Shown here piece after piece: positions 37,501-49,460 of a DNA stretch of 64,000 nucleotides (within the stretch, counting starts at the first letter, position 1; each line of letters starts with the position of its first letter). The translations under genes were made by a program, and so were the position numbers. This DNA comes from Azolla caroliniana. Its lineage: Eukaryota; Plantae; Polypodiophyta. Location of the stretch: positions 18,538,001 to 18,602,000 of the forward strand of contig JBHGNT010000015.1 in the NCBI GenBank assembly GCA_043228905.1, in the 5' to 3' direction. The notes under the pieces are model-generated. The model did no database searches. It was given only the letters and a program-made list of their open reading frames with translations, and had not been told where the DNA came from.

Positions 37501-37915
37501 GACCCCTGTAGACGACGCCATAGCCACCTTTGCCAAGCTTCTGGGATTCATGGAAGCTATTGGTAGCTCGCTTAAGCTCCCTGTAGGAGAATCTGTGGAG
37601 CCTGCGCATATTCTTGCGCGAGGAACCAGCTTGATCCTCGCCACAAGTGTAGCCAAAGACATGGAGATCACGAGATTGGTCTAGTGATAACGGCGTGCAG
37701 GTTTTGCTGTGAAGTCTGCGAAGCCTGAAGAGTCTGATCAAGAAGAAGAGTGCTGCGAGGAGAAGGAGAAGAACTGTTGCGATGGCAGTGGCGGAGATGA
37801 CCAGACTGTGATGACTGTGACTGTGGTGTTTGTGTTTGTCTTTGTGTTGATTAAGATGCTTCTGCTGTTGTTCAGAGATGGATATGGAGAAGAAGCTTCG
37901 ATGATACTGAGGCAT
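34583..37915 (-). CDS. Receptor-like Ser/Thr kinase, RLCK-XI type (At2g45590/At4g25390/At5g51770-like), ~1110 aa, split kinase domain
   Basis: N-terminal TM helix; RFSYRELKRAT, LGKGGYG, VAVK, HGDVKPSNVLL, DFG, then a long insert with family motifs DWWWKQ, VKDYVMEW, REWWKDEYFAEL, then SMRGTVCYVAPE, DIYSFGV, FERANLISWAR. First in-frame ATG at 37915 (the track start 37930 is TTG). Confidence 0.93.
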   Translation of the reverse strand: MPQYHRSFFSISISEQQQKHLNQHKDKHKHHSHSHHSLVISATAIATVLLLLLAALFFLIRLFRLRRLHSKTCTPLSLDQSRDLHVFGYTCGEDQAGSSRKNMRRLHRFSYRELKRATNSFHESQKLGKGGYGVVYRGLLPNGKEVAVKKLVLSSAQGEREFQNELSICRRLDSRYIVKLLGFSSHGEKVRLLVYECMKNRSLQEALLEKALTAAGGSSSSVPLLDWQRRFSIILDIARALAYLHLECNPPVIHGDVKPSNVLLDGELCGYLADFGLARVKISNSDQIGVEILPNSDLQQSSSNKIRSDPSEEADALGGSLMQAAIKAPNLRSSEIMEKTKQTKVVPDRAIAMANVSNAYDSASAAAGDLSLPSSYLGSPDIRGGDNGNIIAGSHSLKTVGSLCSAEKASMASPYPGEVVAMVYPPHSAEKASIASPYSDIKTMVFTPPGNALTASLSEKAAMASLSEKASSASVAGNASMPSLAEKVAIATADVAPLTAPDSPNLEESPWIQSPTTDNVARFAGRGQVKILSPSEKTIAFPSVKTAIGSPSPEATAGASASPEDRAIGLPSEKAAIAATDLSSLVTPLDSPNYNLQELSPSSLSPRTDYHYHFPASAGIMPSSLQPRRSRTRSPQKGSAMSSGRDWWWKQEHSDELKVKDYVMEWMRSELSASESNRSRDTTRMQDSMVGMEQKPKPRLRPKQQHQTMAMAMVEEERARMKKRKEMKQEQRKSSRKGMRSGMAVQELSEEAEKGGEEAEEEEEMESDVRRRRSEHGNGGSKGSNHHHSGRKSREWWKDEYFAELSRKQKKKMKKKEEEEQAAEAEEEEEGLHSCAEEGGGDRCGACPVLSMVADRFVSRFREAGAARPSDRRRRRAGTPGSENIPRRAGESSSVPRPPGEYSTTETAASDDLSSTTTTTTSMRGTVCYVAPEFGGGAGGSVSEASDIYSFGVLVLVIISGRRPIELTPSPPISTLGPSVSESAQNNGGGSSSPTLLMRRFERANLISWARSLAYSGNVLDLVDDRLHGSFPRDQAHLCIALALSCIRRLPSSRPSISAILKVLLGEAPPPPAAPLEFFSPSPPSRLSVHHSPSPCHRDASFVSSIEDMV

Positions 37916-38657
37916 GGCTGCAGCAGACAAGATGGCATATTGATGATCAAGCGATGAATTCTCAGTCTCTCTCTGCCTGATTATACCTGGTCCTGCTGTT
38001 AGAAGAAGGAGAAGAAAGATCGATCAGAAAGAATCAATGGCGGAGGAACCCATGTCATTCAAGGAGGAAGATGGAGAATCAGGGTTACCCTGTAAGTCTT
38101 CTTCTTCAGAATTAGGGTTAAGCTATACGTTTTCGTTTTTGGCCTCCTCTTGTTTTGGACCAGAAATTAGCGTTAAGCTGTAAATATTCTGTTTCTGCTT
38201 CAAAATGAGGGTTCGCCTGCAGGCTTCTACTTCAGGCTTTAGAATTAGGGTTTAAGAGATGCGCCTTCTTCTTCCTCTTCTTATTCTGCTGGAGAATTAG
38301 GGTTAGGGTTAGGGTGTTAGTTTCCTACTGTTGCTACAAAGACTTCTTCTTCCGGTTCTGTTTTCTTTGGACTTAAACCTGAGCTGTAGCTCTTCATCAT
38401 CATCATCTTACCCTTCGTCTTCTTCTTTTGCTCTGCTCCAGCTTCTCATTAATCTTTTTTAGGGTTAAGCTGCGAGTTTTCTGTTCTTCTTTTTCTTCTG
38501 ATCTGCTCCTGCTTTCTACAGAAAATCTAGGTTAAGCAGCGAGTCTTCTTCTTCGTCTTCTACTTCTGCTTCTATTCTGCTCCTGCTTCTACAGAATTAG
38601 GGTAAGCCTGCGAATCTTTTGTCTCTTTCTTCTTTCTCCGTTCGGCAACTTCTTTTT

Positions 38658-38894
38658 AACAGAATTAGGGTTCCCTGGCGAGACTTCTTACCTCCTCTTC
38701 TTCCACTCCTACTGCTCTACTCCTATTTTTTAACAGAATTAGGGTTCCCTGGCGAGACTTCTTACCTCCTCTTCTTCCACTCCTACTGCTCTGCTCCTAT
38801 TTTTTAACAGAATTAGGGTTCCCTGGCGAGACTTCTTACCTCCTCTTCTTCCACTCCTACTGCTCTGCTCCTATTTTTTAACAGAATTAGGGTT
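38658..38894. repeat. 74-bp minisatellite x3 with a telo-box-like core, upstream of the kinase
   Basis: AACAGAATTAGGGTT at 38658, 38732, 38806, 38880. Confidence 0.92.
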
Positions 38895-39370
38895 CAGCTG
38901 CAAGTGTCTTCTACTGCTGCTCACCTGCCTGCTCCTCCTTCTTCATCTTCCTGTCACTTTGCGTCTGTTTCTTTCCTTCCTTCCTTCCTTCCTTCCTTCC
39001 TTCCTTCTTTTCTTCTTCTTTTGCTTTGTAAACCGCAGAGACAGTTCAATCTCTGTCTTTCGACCTTCTGTCGTTCTTTCTGTCAGAGCTTCGTCTCTGC
39101 TCCTTCCCTCTCTCAGACAGGGCTTCTTCGTCGTTCTTCTTCTTACGGGATTGTTAGCAGTTTGTGAGAAGATGAAGGAAGAAGCAGAGAAAGACAAGAG
39201 AAGCAGAGTATGTATGTGAGGAACAGAGTATGTATGTGAGAAACAGAGATGAGAGAGAGAGAGAGAGAGAACCAGAGCATGTATGTGAGAAACAGAGTGT
39301 GAGAAACAGAGTATGTGAGAGAGGAGAGAGAGAGAGAGAGAACCAGAGTATGTAAGTGAGAAACAGAGTA

Positions 39371-39401
<31 letters not shown>

Positions 39402-40646
39402 ACCAGAGTATGTCTGTGAGAAACAGAGTGTTGTGTATGAGTGTAAGTGCAAAACAAAACATATACTATATGTACATATATATATTGATATATACATATA
39501 CATGTAGATGTACATGTACATATACATATATGATATATCAATGGAGAAGAAGAAGTCACACACACATATATCCATGGAATTCCTTGTCTCCGCCGGAAGA
39601 AGTAGTCGCTTGATCCCCGAGACTTGTCGATGATACCTTTCCTCCGATACTAGTCTCTATGATGATGATTATGATGATGACGACGATGAAATTCCCTTAC
39701 TGGCGCCAGTCGAAGAGGCACTGATGTAGCCTACCTTCGATTCCCAGGGGCCTCAAGGTTTAGAGGAACAAGGAATTGTTGTCGTAGAGGTGGTTCGTTG
39801 ACACAAGTGAAAGAAACTACGAGAACTCACAAGGCATGAGCAAGTACTCAACCAGTGCCCGAAAGTTTCGCAAGTAATCTGCAAGTAGAGCATGTTCTGC
39901 ACCATGAGAACTCACATATGTTGGGGGTGTGTATCGACAGACAACGCCCGTAGTCAGGTGCTTGAAACCACCAGAGCTCAAGCAATGACGCCTCCTAGAA
40001 TGGACTTCTCTCAAAAAACGTTGTGTCTACAAACACCATCAACCGGCAACCTTTGTATTAGCTTAGCTATCTTCAACTCTTAATACTACATACTTTACTA
40101 TGGCGAGCATCGATTTTCAAGCCCCTATTCTCCAAGGCATAAATTGGAAATTGAATGGGCATGATGGTCATATAATATCTCCTTGACATGTGATTTTTGG
40201 TCATGGTTAATGGTAGGTGGCGGAATATACATTAAAGAGGGGCATTTTTTATCCACATAGTATAAAAATCAGAACTATGTGTATATAATATTACATGAAG
40301 TCCTAGCCTTAATGTGTTCACTCATGCATTCACACTTGTGGTCACCCATGTGTTCACACCAAGCTACATAGATATCCTTGATCTTCTAACTTTGATGCTT
40401 GGTTTACATGGTGATTTGAGCCAATGCAGATTTCGTTAGTCACAAAAACAATATTTTCGAATCGTATCTCCAAAAATTAGGGGAAAAAACCATACGAAGC
40501 TTATCGAATGTGGTATATGTTGTGATACATAAGGGTAAATGCAAATATTTTGAGTAACTCACGCCATGGAAATAAATAGATAGATGTGTATATACATATT
40601 GTGAACTAGATAGTTAGTTCTCATGCAATGAAAATACATAGACATA

Positions 40647-40648
<2 letters not shown>

Positions 40649-40711
<63 letters not shown>
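40649..40711. repeat. (TG)n microsatellite
   Basis: About 31 uninterrupted TG units. Confidence 0.95.
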
Positions 40712-40712
<1 letters not shown>

Positions 40713-41079
40713 GTGAGAGAGACGGAGACAGAGACAGAGATTTCAAAGATAAAAACTTGTATTGATAAATAAAGGGGACATTATAATAAGAACATACGTT
40801 ATGGAGTGCTAACTAGCTATAATTAAATATACATACACATGTACAAGATGAGGAGCCAGGTTTATAGAGACATTATTACTGTAGTCTGTACATATATACA
40901 TACATACATACATATATGATATATATACACAATAGAAGTCCAGATTAATTTAGTAATGATGGAGAGTGAGTGCAATAACTCTTTAAGTATCCACTTCATT
41001 TAATGTAAAAGCATCACTCATTCATTGAGTCAATTGGTGGACTTTATATAACACACATGTCTCAAGGAATCTCTGCTCA

Positions 41080-41530
41080 AACTCGTGGTGTGTGGGTACC
41101 TTTTCAAGTTCAATTGCGTTGTGCCATCTAACAAATTATAATCATTCTACGTATGTTGGACATCGATATCCTCTATTATAATCCGCTCACTAATGAAATA
41201 ATAATGACCTTGATGGGCTTTCTTCAAGAGTGAAACTCGGGGTTTCAAATTAGTCAAATGTTATTGAGGTTTAGGGTTTAATGTCTATCAAGGTGTTGTT
41301 CTTGAATGATTCACTTGAGCCACAAGACTTCCCAAATAGCAGTTGTTGCCCCCTACACTCAACAACAATGCTTGATAGAGCCACCATGTGTTGTTTTTTG
41401 TTGGTTCACAAGATGACACCACCACCCAAAAAGAATATCAAATTTGATGTCTATCTTCGATCTACAAAGCTACATGCCCAACTCATATCCATGAAGCCTT
41501 TGAGCCAAACCACAATTCCCACTTTATAGA
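41080..41530 (-). pseudogene. Old Copia RNase H relic
   Basis: GFMDMSWACSFVDRR*TSNLIFFLGGGVIL...NKKQHMVALSS, matching the Copia RNase H N-terminus. Confidence 0.7.
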
Positions 41531-42257
41531 AGATGTGGTTGTACCATTAATGTGTTATATCACGTTTCAGTGAACTAATCAAGGAGCCCAATAATGACAC
41601 TAAGATTGGGTTAGACTATTGTCAAATAGATTTGATTATTGATTATCTCCCTATATGTATATTGCAGCGTTGTGGATAACAAAGCCAGAGTTTATGTACA
41701 TCTTCAAGCTTCAATTAAGGTAGGTTGTGTCTTGAACAAGAAGTTGACAATGAAGTGGCAAGTTGTTCATATGTAGTGGCATTGTTTGAAACCAATATTT
41801 CCCACGTGTCTAAATTAGTTAATGCCAAAGAAGAAGTGAAGCTCATCCATATTCTTCATCTTGAATTTGTTTGGCAACCATCGCGGTAGCTACCAAGTGA
41901 TCACCATCTTAATCCCTAGCTTGTCACTATTCAAGACTATAAAGAAGTCCACACAAGTCACATTAGACTTAGATGGAGTTTTTGACTTGGACATGCAAAA
42001 GTTGATATTACTTAGGTACAAGAATATCTTAAATCATGGGATATGTTGTGATGTCATGATGTGGCGTGTGTGAAGGGAGGAAACCAACTAAAAGTCATTC
42101 GGTCAAGATTTTGGACAACAAAGACTCAAAAGAAAATAGATGGATATTGTCAAATAAAAAATGAAAGTTGGTGCAAATTCTAAGAAGTAACAACTTGAAT
42201 AGCAAGGGCAAGGGTTTGAACCTCGTTAGGGACGATGGAAGAAAAAGTTGAGCTACG

Positions 42258-42291
<34 letters not shown>

Positions 42292-44479
42292 GATGAAAAT
42301 GAAGCAAGCAATATATACGAAGACGTTAATGAGCCTTTTGTAGCATCAAGTGCCCATGCAAGGATAAGTTTGAGTGGTTGCTAAAACAATTGGAGGCGCA
42401 AGGAACTCCAAAATGCTATAAACTGAGCAATAGAATTCATGGGTTCTTACTACGGATCAGGAGGCAAGTAGGCGACGACAACAAATGAGGACGTGATTGT
42501 CAATCATAGACTTGCAATGTCAAAACTCAAGGATACATCCCTAATATTTTCTTGATCATACTCTTATTCACCCTAAGAAAAAGGTTATCTTTTGTAAACT
42601 TTGGCGTGGACCTAGGAACGAAAGAGGAAGAAAGAAGAAGCAAATAAGAGCAAAGGAAGAGAGACATGCACCGACGAGAAGTAGAGAGGAACGGAGGAGG
42701 AGGAGCGAGATGACGAAACAATGGTTGCACACTTGGAGGGGTTTTTTCGTCCGCTTGGCACCTTTTGCCTCAAAAGGGGAACTATGATAAAGGGGGCGGG
42801 AAACCTTAGATTTCCCAAATACCCCTCACCTACCAATGATTCCTTCATCCAAGATTTCCGGACTCCACCTACTCCCTCAAATAAAAACATGTTTGAACTT
42901 ACACATACATGTACATTATACAAAGTCAGTTGCACACACACACACATGCATCTAATTACATAGACTTAAATTTATACATGCACATCACTTTAAACTTTCA
43001 CACTTATAAGAACACATATAGTTAGAAGCATAGGTTCACATACTCATAAACACCTATACTTGCAAATGCTTTCCTCGTGTATATAGTCTCAACTGTTCAC
43101 AAAAACAATTACATGATAAACACGTATGCATTCTGACGCACACAATAACACTAACTCATAGAATTATACTCCACTTGTACACATAAATGCAGGGATTATA
43201 CCTTAGTTAGATGCCCAAGTTTGTAGTGTCAAACCACGCCACAATTGGAAGAAGGCCAAAGAAGGGACCATCAAACTAACATCACTTGCAATTCATCATC
43301 AACAAATCCATCTTCCTTAGTTCAAGTCCGATGTGGTCCTGATCGACTTTCACACACGTGTGAATTTATGCAATCATGCATTGTTGGGTGGAAGCATTAG
43401 GGGAGTGAACATCTCAACATTCAAGGCATTCAGATGGCATCACGAAAATACAATTAAAACTTGAAAACGAACAAGTACAAGATCTCACAATAAGATAATC
43501 ATAAAAAAATCAAACTCAATCTTTCTGAAGTGATTATAGATTTTGTTGACCCAAAGCAAATTACAAGAGGATATTAACCCTAAGACCAATAGGTATAACA
43601 ATGAGTAAATAACTAATTTATTATACTTTGCAAGATGATAGAATAACTAGGAAAATATGAGGCCATTGACATTAGGAATGACAATCCATAACTGAAATTA
43701 TAGAATTTAATTTCAAAAGAGATAATCTTGAGACAAAGCACGTGATCTTTCCAAACCCCACAAATGTTATTCTTAAAGAGTAGCTTATTGGTTTTCCCTT
43801 TTCAACCTGACAAGGAAGAGATAAATTACCTTAATACTAATTGATTCGAGACTATGATATAGAAGACTAAATTAGCTTCACGTTAGTTATGTTGGTGATT
43901 GCTACGAGTCCTCTTGGATTAGTGCTCCTTAATCTTCTTTCTACCCTAGTGATCCAGAAAACACTAAATTTGACCTCATTCCTCTCTTCCATACCTCCTT
44001 TGGACATTTTGTATTTTCCCTAATAGATTAAACCTTTTTTCATCTTTTAGAGAATCTTTTACATGAACAAGTCACTTTTCACCAATATGGTAAATTCTAG
44101 CTTTTTGTCAATTTTGTTGTTTTTTTGTGGGGATGGTAGAAGGCCTTCAAGTTGTGGCGATTGATTGGGTGTTGCTGGTGTTGGGTTCACATCATTATCT
44201 TCTAAGTGAACCACTTCCAGTTGTGCATTGGGGGTGTCTTGCATTGTGGCCTCTCCTCTGTAAGTGGAGTATGATGCTCTTCTTTTGGTGCAACACGTGG
44301 TTGTGTTGAGAGTAGTTCCATGGGTTGAAGTCCCCGTTGATCTTGTAAACATAAATCCAATGTGCAACTACATAGATTTGGAGCTATATAACACCCTCGA
44401 TGATAAAATAAATAGAATGTAGCTTTCAAGTTCATGATTTCTTCAAGGGGGAAATTCACGAGCTTGAAAATGGAGGGTT

Positions 44480-44840
44480 GCTTTGATGATATCCTCAACG
44501 CTATCACCATTAGTATTGGGCCAGAAGGATACACCATTTGCTATAGGCATTCCAATACTATTGCACATTTGTAGGAGTTGGATGCAGAACAAAACCAACA
44601 CTTCTCCTATGAAGATCTTTATTTGATGATGAACAAAGTCATGAAAAATAGCTCCACAATGCTTTGATGATATCCTCAACGTTATCACCATTAGTATTGG
44701 GCTAGAAGGATACACTATTTCCTATAGGCATTCCAATACTATTGCACATTTGTAGGAGTTGGACGCAGAACAAAACCAACACTTCTCTTATGAAGATCTT
44801 TATTTGATGATGAACAAAGTCATGAAAAATAGTTCTACAA
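44480..44840. repeat. Tandem duplication, 181-bp unit x2
   Basis: GCTTTGATGATATCCTCAAC at 44480 and 44661. Confidence 0.9.
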
Positions 44841-44849
44841 GAATCAATG

Positions 44850-45109
44850 GAGGCAATAGTAACAAGAAACAAGATCAAGAAAACTAGGAAACAAAGAGAC
44901 ACCAAAGTAGGCAGAAATATGTGTAACTGTATTATTCTCCAAAGTTACAATGGCAACAACAACAACAACCAGGTTACAAGAGTTAGTTTAAATACCAACC
45001 GACTTAGGGCAGATGCTCTTTCCACTATTTACATAAATAGCCTAAAATCTAGTATGTCCAAATGGGATAGTGTGAATATGTCCATTATTTCCCGTATTCG
45101 ACACTCCCC
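44850..45109 (-). mobile_element. Partial 3' LTR + PPT of the outermost Copia relic (LTR family C); left limit approximate
   Basis: Ends ...CGTATTCGACA followed by CTCCCC (PPT complement); similar to solo LTR 49018-49317; a matching RNase H relic resumes at ~60100 beyond the nest. Confidence 0.6.
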
Positions 45110-45253
45110 ATAATGGGCGTATACAACAGAAATATGTACTAATCAAGAGAATAGACAAGAAATATAGATTTAGACAAAGGGTTGTTGTAAAGAAATGGAG
45201 AGTGTAGGTGATCTTGTGCAGCGGAAGGAACTCTGTGTGTGTGAGTAAGAAAA

Positions 45254-45328
<75 letters not shown>

Positions 45329-48300
45329 AAGAAGCTATATTAACTGTAAAGAATTGGGTATGATTCTTGTGTAGCGGAAGAGATGTGTGTTATATGTATG
45401 TGAGAGGAATTAGAGGAGAGAAGAGAGAACACAAGATAGATAGAAAAAGGAATACTCAAGAAGAAGGTGTATATTCACAAGTAGAATGGCAAATACAAAA
45501 TGTAGCATTATAAGGAGTCACAACCGACTTAGTATGACATATGAGGAGGGTGCTTTATATATAGTCACCCTCTCTCTTCATTAACTAACTACAACAACCA
45601 CCCTCTCTTGGGTAATGTGAAGACTCATCGTCATGGGGAATATGTAACTCATTAGTTATGTTTCATAGAATATGATTCTATGACACATAACTAATGTGTA
45701 GAGAGTAGTGGTGTGACTCTTGATCTTTGAGTAATCATAAATTCTCAAAATGTGTGTTCACACGTTACACTATGTTGAGCTTGATTCTCAACACGCCCCC
45801 TCAAGCTCAACTTGGGTTGGTTCCTTTCGATTGATGTCTGCTTTTGCTGGTATCCGGTTCAGATGATCTCTAGTGTCTACTTCAGCTCATACCTGGTTCG
45901 GAAGGTATTCGGTTCTTGCTTGTACTCCCCCTCAAGCTTGGCAAGTCAAGGATCGTCAATTCAAGGTCTGACATGAATTGCTGAAGCTTGTCGGCCCCTA
46001 GGGCCTTGGTGAAGATGTCGGTTGTATGAAGATTTGTGTTGATGTGTAGAAGATCGACATCTCTGGCCTAAACACACTCTCGAATGAAATGGTAGTGCAC
46101 TTCGATATGCTGTGTGCATGCGTGGAACACTAGGTTCCGAGCCAGATATATAGTGCTCATGTTGTCGCAGTAATGGGAGTTGGATCCTTGATGGGAACTT
46201 CTAGATCCTTCAAAATCCTCTTGAGCCATATAACTTCACATGCAGCTACGGTTGCGCCCCTGTATTCGGCCTCCATACTCGAAAGTGCGACGGTAGGCAA
46301 CTTCTTACTACTCCAAGATATTTGTCCGCTACCAAGCGAGAAGAAAAATTCGGAGGTTGATCGTCGATCAACTTTGTAGCTGGCCTAGTCGGCATCCATG
46401 TACCCTTCGAGTCGAATTGGTGTGATGATGCATAGAGGATGTCATAATCCATTGTGATGCTCACGTATCGTAATACCCGCTTAGCGCAATCGAAATGGAT
46501 ATCTCGAGGAGTTTGCATGAATCGGCTAAGGGAGGCCGATCGGATAGTTGAGGTCAGGTCGAGTGATCGTGAGATAGATGAGGCTCCCGATCAGTTATCG
46601 ATATTGAGTCGGCTTGCACTCATCTGTGCCAGAGTCGGCATCTAGTTTGAGGTTTCGATCTTGAGGGGTTGCCATAGATTTGCACTCTGTAATCCTGAAC
46701 TTGTATAATAAGTTGAAAATGTAGTGTTGTTGAGAGATCATAATGTCAGTCAGAATCCGAATTACTTCGATGCCTAGGAAGTAATGAAGTTCCTTCATGT
46801 CCGTCATCTCGAATTTGTTGCAGAGGAGGGATTTCACCTTGTTGATGTCAACTAAACTTTCTCCTCCAATGACCAGATCATCCACGTATAGGATGATGAC
46901 AATCAAGCTTCTAGAGTCGTTTCGTACGTAGAGGGAGTTGTCGGATTTTGACATTCGAAAGCCGATTTGATGAAGATATTGCGTAATCTTCGAATGCCAA
47001 GTACGCGGTGCTTGCTTGAGACCGTGGAGAGGCTTCTTGAGTTGGCATACGACTTTCAGATGAATGTTGAATTCGAATCTGGGAGGTTGTACCATGTACA
47101 CCTCCTCTTCTAATTCACCTTGAAGAAAGGCGTTCTTGACGTCCATTTGGTGGAGGTGCCACCCTTTCGTCGTTGTGAGTGCGATCATGGTCCGCATAGT
47201 CATCATCTTTGCCACGGGGGCAAATGTTTCTTCATAGTCGACTCCATGCGTTTGTGCGTATCCTTTTGCTACGAGTTGAGCTTTGTAGTGGTTTACGGAG
47301 CCGTCGGCGTTATACTTCACCTTGTAGACCCATCTGCAGCCAATCGCCTTCTTGTGCGGTGAGTGGGGGACAAGATCCCATGTCTTGTTTTTGGAGTGCT
47401 TGCATCTCCTCATTCATAACTTCAACCCATCTGGGGTCCTTCGCAGCTTTGGAAAACATTTCCGGCTCCTATACTATCGCCACCTTCATCATAAAGGCGT
47501 AATGGTACGCCATATAATCGTTGTAGCCGAATCAGCTTACGGGGTTCTTTTCACGGGTGTATCGGCGGAGGTTCTCGTTTGTGGATACTAAGGCTTTCTT
47601 CGCTCCATTTGTTTGGATGTCAAGGCCTTCGAACTCACTATCGAGGGGGAGAGTCGATTCGTTGCCGTCGAAGTGATCGTCTTCATACTCCGCCATTTTC
47701 GCCTTCCCTTTGTCCAACTTTGGACTCAGCCAAGATGTGCTTTGATTGCTCGGAGGCTCTTGTGGCCCACTAAGCCTTGTCGTAATCGGGCTTTCTTCAA
47801 ACATGCGTGTGAGCTGATCTCCAACTTCTATCTCTATTTCGGCAAATTTTGGGTCGAGCAGAATCGAAGTTGAAGTTGTCTCTGGTGCGTCCCAAGATGT
47901 GAACTCATCGAAAACGACGTCTCGACTTACTCGAGATTATCGAGTTGAGGGGTTATAGCACTTGTACCCCTTTTGCTCCAGTGAGTATCCTATGAGGATA
48001 CATTTCTCTGACTTTTGTCGCTTCTCGTCGGGGATGTGCACGTACACAATGGAGCCGAATATCCAAACATGTGATAGGTCCGGCTTCTTTTCGAAAAATT
48101 TCTCGTGCGGAGTAAGTTTGTCCACACTCGATGTCATACACCAATTCGTTAGGTATACGGACGTGTTAGCCGCTTCTGCCCAGTACGATTTTGGCAGGTG
48201 TTTTTTGTTCATCAAGGCCTGTGCTACTTCGAGGATGTGCCGATTCTTTCATTCAGCGACTCTGTTTTGTTGTGGCATATGTCGACATGAAAACTCTCGC

Positions 48301-49017
48301 TGAATTCCTTCTTTCCGTAGAAAAGCCGAAAATTCGTCGGAGAAGTACTCCTTGCTTCCATCCGACCGAAGACATCGTACATGTTGGCCTGTGGTTTTCT
48401 CAACTTCATTCTTAAAACTTTGGAAGTGTCCGAACACTTCGGTCTTTTGCCGCATGGGGTAGATCCAGGTGTGCCTAGAGAAGTCGTTGATGAAGGCCAC
48501 ATAGTATCGGCATCCGCCGAATGTAGCCGTCTGAGCCGGACCCCATACATCGGAATGAATTACGTCGAGTACGCCTTTGCTGACATTCCGCTCCCCTTCG
48601 GAAATGGGTGCCGATGTTGATTGCCGAATTGGCAAACGACAAACCCGCCTTCAATCTCTTACTCCTTGAATTTTGGGAGCCCGATGATGACTCCTTTCGA
48701 TTGCATTGCCTTGAGCTTTTGGAGATTGATATGGCCAATCCACTTGTGCCATAACTCTATGTCGGAATCGGTTTTCGTGCCCTTTGTGAACATGGCCGAT
48801 TTCATCTCGTGCAAGTCGAGAATGAACATTCGGCCCTCTCTTCGTCTGCGAGCGATGAGTCAGCCCTCTTTTTCGATGAAGCAACCACCTTGATAAAATC
48901 GTACTTGCATCCCTTGCTCAACAATTTGGCCGACGGAGACCAAATTCTTCGTAATGGTTCGTACATGCAAGATGTTCTTAATAAAAGTTTGGTTACCTTC
49001 TTTGCCGAATGGGACAT

Positions 49018-49317
49018 TGTTGGGGACAAGGTCGTCAATGCAGAAGTGCAAGCAACATTCGTGATGAAGAAGATCCTGTGTATGCACGAGCATGATAGAC
49101 ACAGAGGGAGAGAGAGAGACACACACAACGTATAAAAAGGTATTTCAATAGCAACAATTACAAAAATAACAACCAACCTTTACTAAAGGTTACAAAGTCA
49201 CTTTATATAGTTGCTATCCTAGGGCAACTGCCCTTTATGCTATTTACAGAAATGGCCCAAACTTGGGTTGTCCAAAGGGACAATGTGAATACAGCCATTA
49301 TACACTCGTATTTGACA
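49018..49317 (-). mobile_element. Solo LTR (300 bp, family C)
   Basis: TG...CA, TSD GACAT (49013-49017 / 49318-49322); interrupts the Copia protease region. Confidence 0.88.
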
Positions 49318-49460
49318 GACATTGCCGATGTGTCGAATCGGATGTGTAGTGTCATCTCCGGTTTCGACATAGTCGGGTCGGTCCAACTCTCGAAGTTCTC
49401 AGAACCATTCTTGATGAGACGTCATATGGTTCGAGGCACCAGAGTCGACGAACCATACGT

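Noticed and set aside
38297-38314. Interstitial telomere
   Set aside because: Only three TTAGGG units; better treated as telo-box-like motifs.
38904-39613. ORFs in the (GA)n/(TA)n compound repeat
   Set aside because: Microsatellite translations.
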